Made by a program: the position numbers and the translations under genes. The notes under the pieces were generated by a model. The model was not told where the DNA came from, did not search any database, and was given only the letters and a program-made list of their open reading frames with translations. A stretch of 61,617 bases of DNA, counting the filler, from Choristocarpus tenellus KU-1152 (taxonomy: Eukaryota; Protista; Phaeophyceae), in NCBI GenBank assembly GCA_964200185.2. It is 11 parts of 11 records of this genome, joined end to end, with 100 filler letters (N's around TTAATTAATTAA, not from the genome) between each part and the next. Parts side by side here need not be neighbours in the genome. Positions count along the whole stretch, not along the records: positions 25,092 to 33,360 come from CAXNAD020004914.1; positions 33,461 to 38,382 come from CAXNAD020012520.1; positions 38,483 to 41,947 come from CAXNAD020019848.1; 8 more parts are not named here. The stretch is one strand, 5' to 3'. Positions 25,094 to 38,522 of the stretch are shown here, piece by piece. How positions within the stretch are numbered: position 1 is the first letter of the stretch; each line of letters starts with the position of its first letter.

Positions 25094-28000
25094 TCACAAA
25101 CCAGTCCATCTCTCCTTTTCTTCTTCCCCACCCCCCCATGAGCTTCCATATGACTGAGCTCCAACTTCTACCCCTAATGCTCTCCCTGGTCCCTCCCCTC
25201 CACCCCCCTCAAGGCTCAATATTGACGGAGGGATGGGCGTTCCACCGACATGTCCTGCACCAACGAAGCCCTCACCTCCGGCCTGCCAGTTAGAGGGAAT
25301 ATTCCCAGTACCGGGGCCATCTCCGCCAGCTTTCCTTTCTCCCTTTCCCCAACTACCCTGCCCTCCTCTGTTTCCTCTCCCCCCATCTACTACGCCGTTC
25401 GCCTTTGTGCTTGTACGAGATACTAGGGGAGCAGTGTGTCCACAAAACAATACGGGAAGCTCTGACTCTCCTGGCTCCCTGTAAAAAGGGTAGATTGGGG
25501 GAACGGCCAAGAGCGCCGCTTCCTGCCGCCGGGCTTTGTCAGCCTCCTCCAGCCTAGCCCCAGTCCCCACTATTCCGGGAACACCTGCTGACGTCTGTGC
25601 CCGCACAGTTGGCGCCCCATAGACTACTTTCGGCCCCGCCGTCCTTGCCCTCGCTTTGGCCCCTGATCCCGCTCCTCTTCTTTCCTTCATTCCACCTCCT
25701 TCTGCAAAAATCTGTGCTCCATTCACTCCCTCTTCCGCCCTCCTGACACCCCCTGCACTTCCCAGGTCTTCCCCCCATGAGCTCGATCGCCTCCCTGCTA
25801 TGGATGTGATGACATCGCCAGTAGAAGTGGGCAGACGCACGAAGCGTCTACCGTATGCCTCCTCCCGTGATAACGAATCTTCGGAGGCAGTTGGGCGCCT
25901 GGCACGGGTGAATGAGATGGGACCGTGACGCTGCCTCGCCGGCCACTGGTGTTTTTTTTTCTTTGGCACCCTTATCAATGACTGTCCCCTCAGCCGCTGG
26001 CTTAGATTTTGGGCTTGGATAGACCCCATTGTTAGCGAGGATACTGAGGCTATGTCGGCTCTGCTGTTCGTGTAGGTGGAACCAGGCGTGAAGCCCAGGG
26101 GTAAAGCAGGGATGGGCATGGGGGTGGATGATTGGTGGGAATCTTCTGATGGCGATCTTTGACTGGATAGCATTGCTGATGCCTCCTCGGACACCGGGAG
26201 GGCTGAGACGTGACCTCTCGTAGACTTTCTAACAGAAGCAACACTGTTGCTATTTGCAAGGGTGTTGGTAATGGTATTTGGGCGAGACACAGGGTTGCAA
26301 AACATGGGAGACCTAGGGATTTGTCCACAGACAGTCTTTCCATCCAACCGTGGGAGGAAGGGGCAGGGGCAGGGGCAGGGGCAGGGGCACGGAGAAGGTA
26401 CAGTGCGTCGGGGGGGGAGGGGAATGGAATATGGGATGGAGTTTTGGTTATTCAATTGTTTGCACCAGTAAGTGCTCAGGAGTATATGATAGCATTGAGC
26501 CACCCTACTATAAGGGCAAAATACTCAATGATATGCCCCTCAAAGAGCAGAAGCCTCGGTGACACAGTTGGTGCAAATGTTTTTTTTATCACTATGGGAG
26601 TGTTTTGGGACGTGTTGCGGCGTGTTATTACTGCAAATTCTAGAAATGCCACCATGAACTGGAGCTAGCATTCCCACCCAATGCTTGACCGTTTGTGAAG
26701 TGTCCAATCTATGCAGTGAATCCCCCATTGACCCCATAGCTCTGGTAATGCATACAGTGGCCTGTATTTCTGATGAGGTGGTGAGGTACTGGGATCTAGA
26801 GAGTTACTTACTGGTATATGCAGCCATAATATCAGTGGCTTTGACTATGTTCCTGCTCTTCACTTGAAATATTGAACCTTTTGTTATATGACCAATATTG
26901 CCCATGTCTTGGACACACGTTTTGCAGGCAAAAACAGACGGCATGAGGACGAGCACTTAAGAGGTGTTGTGAGGCTAATTCCTGTGGAATATTTTATGGC
27001 AGAGCTTAGTTCCCACCTTCTGCCTTCCAGTAAATTCCCTGTTATTCTGCAACAATAAGCAAAGATTCACACCAAGGACTACCAAAACCAGCAGGAGACC
27101 AACACATCAACTTCTATATGGTAGTGCAGGAAACGTTTCCTGTGCAGTGTTTAAACCTCTCTTTCCTAGCTAATGACCCTTTCCTATGCAATCCTTCTAT
27201 TACTACTTTACCTTGACCTCCCATGGATCACTGAAGCTGTAGTACCCTGGGCCAGGTTGGGTATTCTTCTTTACTCCCCGGCGTGTTGGACTCTTCTCTC
27301 TCCCTGACTGAAATGAATGGCAGGTTTGCCACCGGGAAGCCTCTACCCGACCAGCCAGGCTAGCCTTGGATCCAGACTCAGTGTGGTACCATCGATCCAC
27401 CACTGCCTGTGACGGCTTGCTTGTGGGGTCATGCGTAAATGCAGACTCTCCTGGAGTGTCCAAATGATGTGTATCGTGAAATTATTTGTACAGAGCAAAG
27501 CTGTTGTTGTGTTTATAGAAATGATGAGGCTGTTGTTTTGGGGGATGGAATAGTCAACTGAAGTCGAAATTTGGAAACAGTAGACAGTGAATAAATGTGT
27601 TGTCCAATGTAGCGTCTTGTTCGTCCTCAGTGTTCTAGATTACTATGTGTTTCTATACACTCTGTAATAGAATGTTAAATGTCTTCTGGAATGACGATGC
27701 TTGCTGGCACTCTTGATTGGCCATGGCATACTACATACACTGGTGTGTGTTTATCTCTATATATGTTTTTGCACCACACCGTACTTTCCCTCCAAAATGA
27801 GCAACGTGATGGTTGTACTTACACTTCTGTGATCATATAGATAATGAATGCCTATACTTTGACTATTGACCTATGCCATTAGGATTCCAGAAGCTCTTAC
27901 CATCTCTTATGGATGTTTCTGCTAAACCTTGTGTGTACAGAGTTGAGGTATTTCCCATGAAAACCTGTTTTCAAGGACCTGTCGCCCACCCAACAAGTAC

Positions 28001-28685
28001 TTTTCGATCCAATTGGACAAGAAAATATTTGTATGTTGTTTTCTGGGGTAAGTTTGCAATGCAGATAGTGGGAAAATTTGGAGTACACATGTCCCAATCC
28101 CTCCACTTGCTTCAAAGGGTCTCTCATGGCTTGTTTGAAGCAAGGTGGTTGCGAACCACGTCAGAGGTCAGCATTTTGGTCCGTTATGTTGATGGCAAAG
28201 CACATGCCAGTGTCAACTAGTTTGTCAAGTTGATACTATTCCCAGGGAGCATAGTGTGTAGGGTGGATATCACAGTGGCATAGCTTCTCCAAGGATTCGA
28301 TTGTCCTTCCTGGACCCCCCCAAAAACCATGCTCACTCTCTGCTCTTGGTTCACCTTTTCGGAACCTGGGCACTCTTGACCACGTGTTTCCTCTCATTTT
28401 CCAGTGAGCAGCTGCCTCTCGCATGAAATGTTGTGTTCCTGAATCCGTCACGTTGGCGTACAGGAGACGGGGAATACATCTTGGGTCCCTCACAAACGTG
28501 TTTCGGAAGGGCTCATACTGGGCCATAGGTGGCGGGGCCTGGATGATGCCACCAGGGATTACAGTTATTGGAAGAATATGTGATGTATGAGAGTCTGCAG
28601 CATGCCAGAATTGGTGATGATAGAAGATACGATCATGAACTGTTGTGACGGCAGGGGATTGGCCGGTGTTCACCCCTAGAGGCAT
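25094..28685 (-). CDS. Partial multi-exon gene with PGPGYY / SRVPRF motifs (STPG/ODF3-like ciliary repeat protein?) and a long low-complexity exon
   Basis: Same-strand ORFs 28236-28685, 27203-27463 (QPGPGYYS) and the 469-aa ORF 25094-26503; the exon joins are inferred. Confidence 0.45.
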
Positions 28686-29448
28686 GATCTGACTTGCAGA
28701 TTGCAGTTGGTGGAAGTCAAGTAAAGGACTATGGGAGTTGCGAGCTTGATCGAGGAGTGCGGAAGTCGATGTCTTGATCTGTTGCCTCTATATCAAGTTG
28801 TGGTGTTGAGATGTGTTGGTGTGATCCATACAATTGTGATGATCCATAATTAAAAGATGAGCAACAAGCAGCTACCTAAATTGCATGTTGCTATATGAGG
28901 TACCCATGCCACACACCATGCTGCCGGGCACGTCACGACCTTCTACAGTAGGTAATAATCGTGTTCACACACTGTCATAGTTCAGCCGACACCTCTCCTC
29001 TCCTCACCAAGGATGGTACTGGAGGTGAGAAATGCACACTTACAATCTTGCCGTAGATCCTCGTGTTTAGTACAATGCCGGCTTAGGGTACGTGGCAAGA
29101 GATCGGCCTCTCAGGGAAAATCTCCACCCCAAGCTATAACATCAACATCCACACCTTGAATGCGGGCGGTGCATGGTGTGGGGCGCCTAAGGCTGGGAGC
29201 AATATCCCCCCAGCCTCTTCTATCGCCTGAGATCTAGCTGCATGTTGGCAGACGAGATCTACGAAGATTTTTCCAGCAGTTGTCTCGAGACCGTTCATTG
29301 CCTTGAAGAGCAAAAGGGTGAGGTGTTTCAGACTCTTGAGGGTTTGCTTGCTCGAGAGTCTGAATTTGTGTACAATCTATGGATTATCGACAGCCCAATA
29401 ATTAGAGGATGAAATACAGGTGATAGAAGTTTTCATAGAGTAGAGCTA

Positions 29449-30364
29449 CTATTTATAGTAGTGCAAACGGTCACGTAGCAATTGAAAGGGGCTTATTTGC
29501 AGTAGAGTATATTCAGCACTGACATCTACATCAATGTAGAATCCCCCATCGCCAGAATGTACAATGAATCGTTGGGTCCACGGGTCATTCGGGTCGTAGT
29601 CCGCAGAACTAGGGCCAGAGCCAGGGCCACCAAAAGGACAAAAAGATGCACCTCCCTCCATCACATTCCCCTTGTGACCGACCGGAGTTGGGTGTGTATA
29701 CATGTCTTCATCAGGTTAGGCGTTTCTGGGTGATTTAGGAAATTATACTCGAATAGAAAGTGGAAGGGAACAAAGTGTTCATGCCCTACCATGCATATAA
29801 AACCCCCAATGCAATCTTTCACCGATTATACTACCACCACTTTGTTACACAAACACAACGTCGACGACAGACTCATAACGGCTTACAAGTCATCAAGACT
29901 GCAACGTCCAAGAGAGGCATTGGGGAGGAAAGGTAAAATGGTAAGGATCCCTACCTGCTGTATTGATGTTCCTGGTGAGGTCGTTAGTTCTTTTGAAGTG
30001 GGCACATTGTGTAGTGAGTCTTTTGTATCCAGACTGTGGAAAAGTTGATCATTCAATTCCAGCTTCTGTTGCTGTGACTTAGGCTGCTGGGTGGTGGTCA
30101 ACATGCATTCTGCTGCGTTCTGTAAGAGCGCTTTACAGGCCAAGTTTTGTTATCTGTTGGCATGATCAAAATGTATGTACCATTTTTTTCTGGTTCCTCT
30201 CTTTGTGGTGGCTTGACCTCCTGCATTATCTCATTGCGTTTATCGTCGACATTTTTTCGACTATGAGTGGCCATCCTATTTTCCCTGCCTTCACTGTTAA
30301 ATATCTCTGTCGTGCCTGAGTTATCTCCTCCACAATTACCTGATCTTTTCGCGAAATCCAACAC
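29449..30364 (-). CDS. Probable exons of an unknown gene
   Basis: ORFs 30098-30364 and 29449-29703 (DYDPNDPWTQRFIVHSGDGGFYIDV) have protein-like composition. Confidence 0.3.
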
Positions 30365-30793
30365 TCACTGTCTCTGGCGAAGGTAGACATTGGCCGATTT
30401 CATCTGCCAACCTGAATCTATATACTGTGTTGGTCCTCCACCTACCCCCATCCAGCAAGAACTACCTCCTTGCACCACTACTTCATCAGATGTGCATGCT
30501 TTATTACATCTATACATGCCTCTCCTAGTCGACGTCCATTGCGTGTGATGATGATCTGTCTCCCTCCTGTACTCGCGGATATTTGCCGTGAGGTAATGCC
30601 GTTCAGAACAAGTAGGTGGCAGACAAGACTTGATCTAGTGTTGAAGAATACATTATTTAGTTGGGCTCCGTCTCTCTCGCGTATCCTGCACGTCGTGCCT
30701 TCAATATTCGGTCCCCTTGTTTCTCTAGATGGTTTATATGAACAGAACATTCAATCCGTTCGTTGACGTCCTCCCCGCCCCATTATCATTTCC

Positions 30794-31354
30794 ATGCGAC
30801 CCTGCTGCTCCCCTCACTCTACTCCATATTCCCAGCCGCTCCGATCGCGAACTGCAGTAACATGTGCTACCCTGGCTCTGCTCGTCTGGAGCCCTCTTAG
30901 GGTCAAACCGGAAGTGGATCCGGACCTGAGCCAGGGCCTGAACCATAATATTCTAGATAATGGTTCCGCTCAGGCCCCATACATGCTCATGAACGAGAAA
31001 TTTTCCTCAGTAGATTCTGATACATCTGACACAGACACCGTCAGGGTTAACAATGAAGGGAATAGGAATCGATCAGTGGTTGATCGTGTAGGTGGTAAGG
31101 AGGATGACACTGATACTGATGGCAGTATAACGGAAGCAATAGGAATTGCTGCCGACAGCAAGGGCAAAGGTGGAATAAGTCATACTGCATCGGAGGAGGT
31201 CACCCAACAGCAACAGCAGGATGGACCTGGAGTCCACTTGAGTGAGTATAATGCTGTTGGTGACCAGTGGTGCAAGGTGATTGGACCGTGCTTGAGGTGC
31301 AACCCTGGCGAAATGCGTGAGAGCTTTTGTGTCAAGACGGGCCGTCGGCAGGAG
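30794..31354 (+). CDS. JTB-like cysteine-motif membrane/secreted protein, first exon
   Basis: N-terminal hydrophobic stretch and C-x4-C-x2-C-x9-C-x2-TG motif (WCKVIGPCLRCNPGEMRESFCVKTGRRQE), then a GTGAG donor. Confidence 0.55.
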
Positions 31355-33265
31355 GTGAGGGTGATTTGACCTTTTTGTGATTGTTTTGAAAGATACATTT
31401 GTTGTTTTATGTACCATGAGCGCTTTGTTTGATCTCTCTCTAAATATCATGATGCCGTGGGGAATTGATGATGGAAGTACTGTTACTACTAATAGCAACA
31501 CAGCATGTTGCTGAGATGCTCCCGCAGTGCGATGTTCTTGGATATCCCCCTCCTATAGACAGGGTTGAAAAGAGTGGCAAAAGAGGAAGAAAAAAAAATG
31601 CTCGCATTTCGCTTGGTTATTTTTTTGAGTGCAAGTTTTGATTTAACCACGGGTGGGTTGTTGCTGAGCTTTGAGCACACCTCTGACATACTGGTGAAAC
31701 AATATTTTGGGAGGCGTTTTTGAGTTTTTTTGTGGATGCACTCCGTTTGCAGAAGCAAGTTATATCCTCACCCTTGTTCCCCATTTTTCGGATGCCTTCA
31801 TTCCTCTTTTAAAAATATAAAACAGGTAAAAGAAAGCACAACCCCCCTTTACAGGTTCTAAAACACTATAAAAAAAAAATGGACCCCTCTCACAACTACG
31901 CTTTGACTCTGTCGGAGACAATGCATGAAATGAGTTAGTGATGAAATGAGCTAGTGATGTACTCGTGTGAATATTTTAATAATAGAAAGGTGAAAGGTGA
32001 AATATCTGTAACAGAAAGGCGTCCATGGTCGCACACACACCCGGCTGCCTCCCCTACGACCCTCTAGGTTATTTTTTTATCTATTTTTTTTTGTGTGCCG
32101 TCTCCTATCTCTTTTTTATCTCCTCCAGAGGTGCATCCGCGGAGCACTGCCCCTTCTTGTTGCTTGTGAACTTTTTTGTTTTGACTTTTATGTTTTGTAG
32201 GAAAAATAAAAAAGGTGCTTGTTGTGCTTGCGCCTTGCGAGAGGTCTTACGCTCTCTTTCCTTTGTGTGTGTGTGAATTTGAGAGCACGGCCTGAGGGCG
32301 TCCTTGTAGCTTGTAGTAGTAGTGACTTGTGTGTTGCAGTGCGCTGCGTGTTGAGGATGTTGAGGTAATGTAATGTGCTGCTGAACGATAGTGTGTTGAT
32401 ATAAAAAATATAAATATATATATATATATATTTATTGTGTATGGCAATGCAGTATACTTTGTGCAAGGTGCTGTTAACGCTCTCCCTGTGTGTATCTTTG
32501 GCTTGGATTAGGATTTACAAAGGTCGTTCGTCATCTAAGTGCATCTGTTCGTGCTACCAGCGGGCAGGGGTTTTTGTTGAATGGAAGGCGTGTGAGTTTG
32601 AAGTTTTACATTTCTGGGTTCTCCGCTTGGGCCTCGGGTAGATGCGTCTATATGAGTAGCTTGCTCGCGATAGCCAAATACCTGAAGTTGATGCACCAGT
32701 TCCGAGTCCCTCAAGACGGGGTTGGACTGGTGAAGCTGTGGTCATGTGCTGTTCCCCTTACCGGACTTTCGAGGGTCTCTTGGCGGTTTTCAAGGCCCGA
32801 CTTCTTGAGATAAAGGGCACCCGCTATTGGAGTTAGTTTGAGTGTTTTGTTGACGTCGTGATGGGGGTTAGTTGATCATAACCGGGGGTAATCAAGTGAG
32901 AGTAGTTGGAGTTGGTGCTATAGAGCATTTTTTTTTTTTCCCATGACCTCCTTGTTCAGGCGTTTGCGATAATGTGACCGCGATCCCTACCTTTTTTTTC
33001 TTCATTTCACTCCGAATGAGTTTGATGTGCTGGAGGATGTATCAAATATGACTACAGGGTGTATTATCGGCGAGAGGTGTTCACCATAAAGGGCTTAATT
33101 ATCTACCTCGACCATAAAGGGGTATACCTGATTATTGCACACTACAAGTCCGAGTGCAGCGGTTACGGGCTGTGGTATGTGAAATGACCTCAATTGGCTT
33201 GGTTTTGAGCTGCAGGGCGGATACGTTCTGGTCGCTGAGAACAATTTTTTCGGGGGTTTTCTTGG

Positions 33266-33310
33266 GGGTCAAAGTATTTGGGGGGGGGGGGTGTCGGCGT
33301 TTGGTCCGTT
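33266..33310. mobile_element. MITE family B end, degraded near contig edge
   Basis: gggtcaaagtatttgggggggg. Confidence 0.55.
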
Positions 33311-33499
33311 TTTCACACTTTTTTTTCGATTTTCACTTTTTTGGTTTGTTTTGTTTGCATNNNNNNNNNNNNNNNNNNNNNNNNNNNNNNNNNNNNNNNN
33401 NNNNTTAATTAATTAANNNNNNNNNNNNNNNNNNNNNNNNNNNNNNNNNNNNNNNNNNNNGTCGTTGTTTTTTTTATTTTTTAATGTTTGAATACGTGT

Positions 33500-33656
33500 G
33501 GGGGGGGGGGGGGGGGGGGGGGAGCGGCTGCCTATTTGGGGCCAATTTTGCAATTTTGGATTTTTTGGGTGATTTGGTTGCAAGTGCACTTTTCCTGGTA
33601 ATGGTCCTGATGGACACCCTGGTGTAGCCCACCCTCCCTTCCCAGATACTTTGGTC
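33500..33656 (-). mobile_element. MITE family B copy
   Basis: Reverse complement of 58523-58693 with a small internal deletion; ends cccagatactttggtc. Confidence 0.8.
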
Positions 33657-34425
33657 TGAATAGGTTCATACTATTGTTGTAATAACAGTAGTCATAGCAC
33701 AAAAACAATGGCAATCATTGCTCCAGAGCATATAATTGAAGTGTAAGGGACCTTGTGCAAAAAAATCAACTTTTTGGCAAATATCATGGCCACTGGGTAT
33801 CAATAGGGTGCATTTTTTTCGCCACATCCCCTGACCTTCAAGTGTGTTATAATTGATTTCAGACGCACAGGTTTGAAAGGTTGACAATGTTCTTAGCATA
33901 TTGTTGAATCACTGATCACTGTTCTATCTCAACGATGCCATGAAAGTGACAGCAAGGTGAGGATGACGGCACCCTGTATAGATCTGAGGATGAGGTTCTG
34001 AAAAACCCTCCTAGTCGATATAGGAAGAGGAAGGGGATGCCCCCGTTCTTTGAAAGAAGGAAATCGGTGTATTTCAAATGGTCTGCAGTGTGAACGGCAG
34101 CCTTGACATTCTTACCCTCCTCCCTCTCTCAGAGTATACTGTGCGAGATTACCTGACTCGTCAAGGTCTACATTCCCCCAACACATCCTCTCTCATCTCT
34201 CTTATGAGCTATACCTTAGAGAAGAGGACGGCAATTTTTTTTTTGTGGGGTTTATGGGAAGCTTTCTGAATGGATCAGGTCAACAACAGAGAAAAATCCA
34301 TGAGGCCCGCTCAACATTCCACCTACTATATTAGTCCAACAAATTAATAACAAATATGAGTGCAAGATAAGATTATACTATTGTAGTAGTTGCATGGAGA
34401 ATATATGTAGGATTGGTTCACTCAC

Positions 34426-37400
34426 CTTCGTCATGGGTGTGGAAGCCACAACTTGGTATCGTCGATCCTCATATCCCAAGAGGCAATTCTCACCGAAGTA
34501 GTCCCCCGGGTAAAGGGTTTGTTTTGGGACATCTATCTTCATCCATGTTGAGAATTAGGAAAAATAAATCAAGGCAGGACTGAAATAGCCTATACATAAG
34601 AGAATGTCTCATTGACTCAGTAGGATCATTCAACCTGCAGCCTGCCCTACCAAGCCACTTCGAGACTAAGATCGTGATTAGTTTAGACTCAAGACTTGTG
34701 ATAGGAGCATGATGTGCTGACAATGGAATTCACCAGCATCACCTGATTCTATGACTAGCTTAGGTATTGGAACTGCAGATATAGTTGCCTAGTTTTGTTT
34801 GAGGATGGGGACAGTGTTTGGATTGGGACTGGGATGGGAAGTGAGGTCGAGCTCAGGTTAGGCTGGATCTGAGGAGGGGTCAGGGTCAGATTCAGAGCCA
34901 GGATGAGGACTAACAGCGCGCTTTATTTGGCACAAAGACAGCTTAAAGCTCATTCTTGGCGCAGGACCGGATTCATAGGTTTGTCTCAGGGGTAGGCTGG
35001 TAAGAAGTGATGTCAGAAAGAAATCAGTCCACCAAGATCTTCTGTGAAGGTCTAGTGGTTGTTTGTCAATTGCATAAGAAAAACACACCAACTTTCAAGG
35101 AATAGTGTAGCACGGTTATCCATAGGCTCTTGACTTGGTATATAATCTCATTTGTCTTGAGGGCGTGTGACCAGACAAAATGTATCATATCCAGGGCAGG
35201 TATGAGGACGAAGTGAAGGTATGATCAAGTCCCTCCAATCTAAGCAATCCAAGTATTTTAATGAGACTATAGCACCTCTACAAGTTGTGCCGCCTGTAGA
35301 ACTTTGAGTGAAAGTATCTTAGAGGGTACGATTTTTTCCCTGTTTGTCCATTTGGGGCTTGGCTTTCAATGTTTTTCTTTATGACATTTTCCTGCTCCAA
35401 AATGTTGAGGAGTAGGTACAGTATGTATGTTATAAAAAGGTTTGTCGGAAACGTAGATATTGACACTTCCTAACAAACACGATAGCCAAAATTACATCAA
35501 AATCGCAACATTGGATTCTGATCCTCAAATGGACACGACTCTACCCTTTAAGGTACTTTGGCTCTTTGGTTAGCCTTCTCACTCGAATTTGACTTCTAGG
35601 GTTAGGGTTATCATTATTGTCATGGCCAGACAGTACAGGCGGAAATCAATCTCTTTGTTTATTTCCATGAGAAGAAAAGTGGAATCGCTGAAGAAAACTC
35701 CATTTCTTTACTGCCTGCATCAGGTCAAACCACCGGGTCATGATTTGCAGCAGTTTCCCCCACCGCCAAAGGGCTGGCTTCCTTTTCCTATCCACCCTCA
35801 CTATTTGAGGCGTACCTTGTTGGAGAAGCAACAAGCCTCAGACCAATTCCCATGGCCAACAGGCCACCTGTTACGCCACTCACACACAACTCTTCTTCGA
35901 GCAGAACAGACTCCAGATGCCAAGATGTAGAAGCTCCCATTGTCAAGAGCGCCCTCTTCAAATACTACCTGGTTTCAGGGATGTGAGCGAGGTGGACATC
36001 GGATGATAGGAGAGTCCTCAAATTGGCTAGTAGTCCCATTCTTGGGGGAGTCTAACCTAGTGGAAACCTTGCCATGACTGCATTATATTAATTGATAAGC
36101 ACTGGTGCCGAATTTCACTTGATGGCCATAGTTTGAGTGAAAGTATTTTAGAGGGTACGAGTTTTGCCCTGTTTGTCCATTTGGGGCTTGGCTTCCCATG
36201 TTTTTTTTATGACATCTTCCTACTCCAAAATATTGTGGAGTAGGTAAAATTTATACCTTATGAAAAGGTGTGACCACAACATGGATATTGACACTTCCTA
36301 ACAAACGCTATGACCAAAATTACATCAAAATTGCAACATTGGATTTTGACCCCCAAGTGGACGCGGCTGTACCCTCTAAGATACTTTGGCTCTTTTGTAA
36401 TGCTGTGATTTGACTTGAAGTACAAGATGAAGGGGCTTGCAAATGCATCCTCCCAGCCTTTCGACAATGGCTTCACCTGGTTCATCAATTAGAAGCTATT
36501 CCCTTTGAAGCTGTAAGTTCACCACAGCTATAGTATACATGCGAGGCATTGTCATAGAGCATAGCCTGCTTTCTAGACTAAGCCTCTATGATATATCTAA
36601 CCTAAAGTGGCATACGGCACTACTTGTCAACATAGTGCAGTTTACATGATCCTCCAGACAATAATATTGTCTCCTTCCGAGTGACTGTATCTTAGGGTTA
36701 GGGTACGAGTTTTGCCCTGTTTGTCCATTAGGGGTTGACTTCCCATGTTGTATTTTTATGACATTTTCCTACTCCAAAATGTTTCAGAGCAGGAAAAATC
36801 TATACGTCGTGAAAAGGTATATCCGGAACAAGGATATTGACATTTCCCAACAAACACGATAGCCAAAATTACATCAAAATTGCAACATTGGATTTTGAAC
36901 CCCAAATGGACGAGGCCCTACCCTCTAAGATACTTCGACTCTCCACAGAGTTCTCTCTTTTCCTGATGGCCTAGATGTTAGTAGAGTAAGGGTTAGGGTA
37001 AACTGCATGCCAGCCATGGACATTGATCAACAAGGGGCTCAAATCACGTCATTACCTCTAAGGTAATATGCCTCAATGCCTTTCTAGCTCTCGCCTTTCA
37101 TTCAGGAATGGAAGAGAGCCAAAGCAAGTGAGAGGTACCCAGGTTTAGGCCGTTTTTAATATTAAACCACTTCTTTCATCCATTGCAATTCACTCTTACT
37201 CCTATGAATAAAGTACGAAGATCGAGTTGAGGACATAGCTTTTTCTACTTTGATTGAAACTGTTCAACAGAATTAAGAACAGTACCTACACGCATGTTGT
37301 GCGAATAAGCCGAATTTCGCGCATATTTATCACCATCCTTATATATATATATATATATATAATTGAACACTCGGTACACCTCGCTAACTTTGGTTCTGGA

Positions 37401-37785
37401 GTTGAAATTATGATGGGCATACACGTAGTGCTTAGCCGAAATATGCAGGGCATGCCCGGTAGAAGCGAGCTGTAGCGCAAGAATCGAAACCAACGGCCTT
37501 GAGCTGTTGGATGCCCATCTCCTTCCTTCCTCAATTCAATGTTCGACTTAGCTCGACTCACATGCTCAAAACCATTGATACATCCCCTCTCGTGTTTCTT
37601 AGCAATCAAGCAAGAGCCGTACCTCCAATATTTGAAATGGGAAAAAGGTTGCACTCAGTGGCCCACCTGTCCACGCTTGAAAGATACCTGTTGCATGCGC
37701 TCACAGAATATCCGAAGCTTGTGTGTGGTCCACCCCTGGCATCCAGTAACAACCATGGGGATAGCGAGGAACACACTCACATACT
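34426..37785 (-). CDS. Cyclic-nucleotide-binding domain protein, partial (exons 35816-35968 and 34426-34536; possibly ~37688-37785)
   Basis: VVFEEG..FYILASG strand and the phosphate-binding cassette GDYFGENCLLGYEDRRYQVVA, in phase-0 AG/GT-bounded exons. Confidence 0.75.
35306..35564 (-). mobile_element. MITE family A, full copy, TSD TTT
   Basis: gagtgaaagtatcttagagggta...ggtactttggctc. Confidence 0.92.
36135..36392 (-). mobile_element. MITE family A, full copy, TSD TTT
   Basis: gagtgaaagtattttagagggta...gatactttggctc. Confidence 0.92.
36679..36941 (-). mobile_element. MITE family A, full copy with TTAGGGTTAGGG in the TIR, TSD TCC
   Basis: gagtgactgtatcttagggttagggtacgag...gatacttcgactc. 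Confidence 0.9.
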
Positions 37786-38351
37786 GTAGAATGCTTGTCG
37801 TTCACAGACAACAGCTTCCTAGGGGTAATTCAGGGAATGATAAGATGTACAATATATCTGATGTAAAAAGTGACTGCTATTGCCTTCCTACACAACCGAA
37901 ACATGGTCGGAAAGTACCGGAAGAAACGAACTGGGGTCCAATATATTCCTAGCAAGTGAAGCTGTGTGGACTTTGTTGTCACGAGCTCATGGCAAGATGA
38001 AGTGTGTCTGTCACATGTTTAGAACCTCGTCAGAGCATGGTTGGCAATGCCTCACATTGAAGAAAGTCCGCTTGGAACAGGGTCAGTCTGTCAGTCAGGT
38101 ATGGTCAAAGGAACAGAATCGCAATGAGAAGCATGGATGATATGGGAGAGTCTGAGGGAAAACGCCATACACAAAACAAACTGAGCATACAGCTGATGCA
38201 TGGCACAGTAATCGATCAGGTCTTATCCAGGAAAAAGGTTGTGATGAGGGTGAAGAGGTGATAAGAAGTAGTGGCAATGTACCTATTGCTGCACTGATTA
38301 AACAGTACTCCAAAACAAGTGCACATCATGCCAATGTATGCAGAGTTGCAA

Positions 38352-38382
38352 GGGTCAAAGTATCTGGGGGGGGGGGGGGGGG
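38352..38382. mobile_element. MITE family B end running into poly-G at contig edge
   Basis: gggtcaaagtatctggggggg. Confidence 0.7.
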
Positions 38383-38482
38383 NNNNNNNNNNNNNNNNNN
38401 NNNNNNNNNNNNNNNNNNNNNNNNNNTTAATTAATTAANNNNNNNNNNNNNNNNNNNNNNNNNNNNNNNNNNNNNNNNNNNN

Positions 38483-38522
<40 letters not shown>

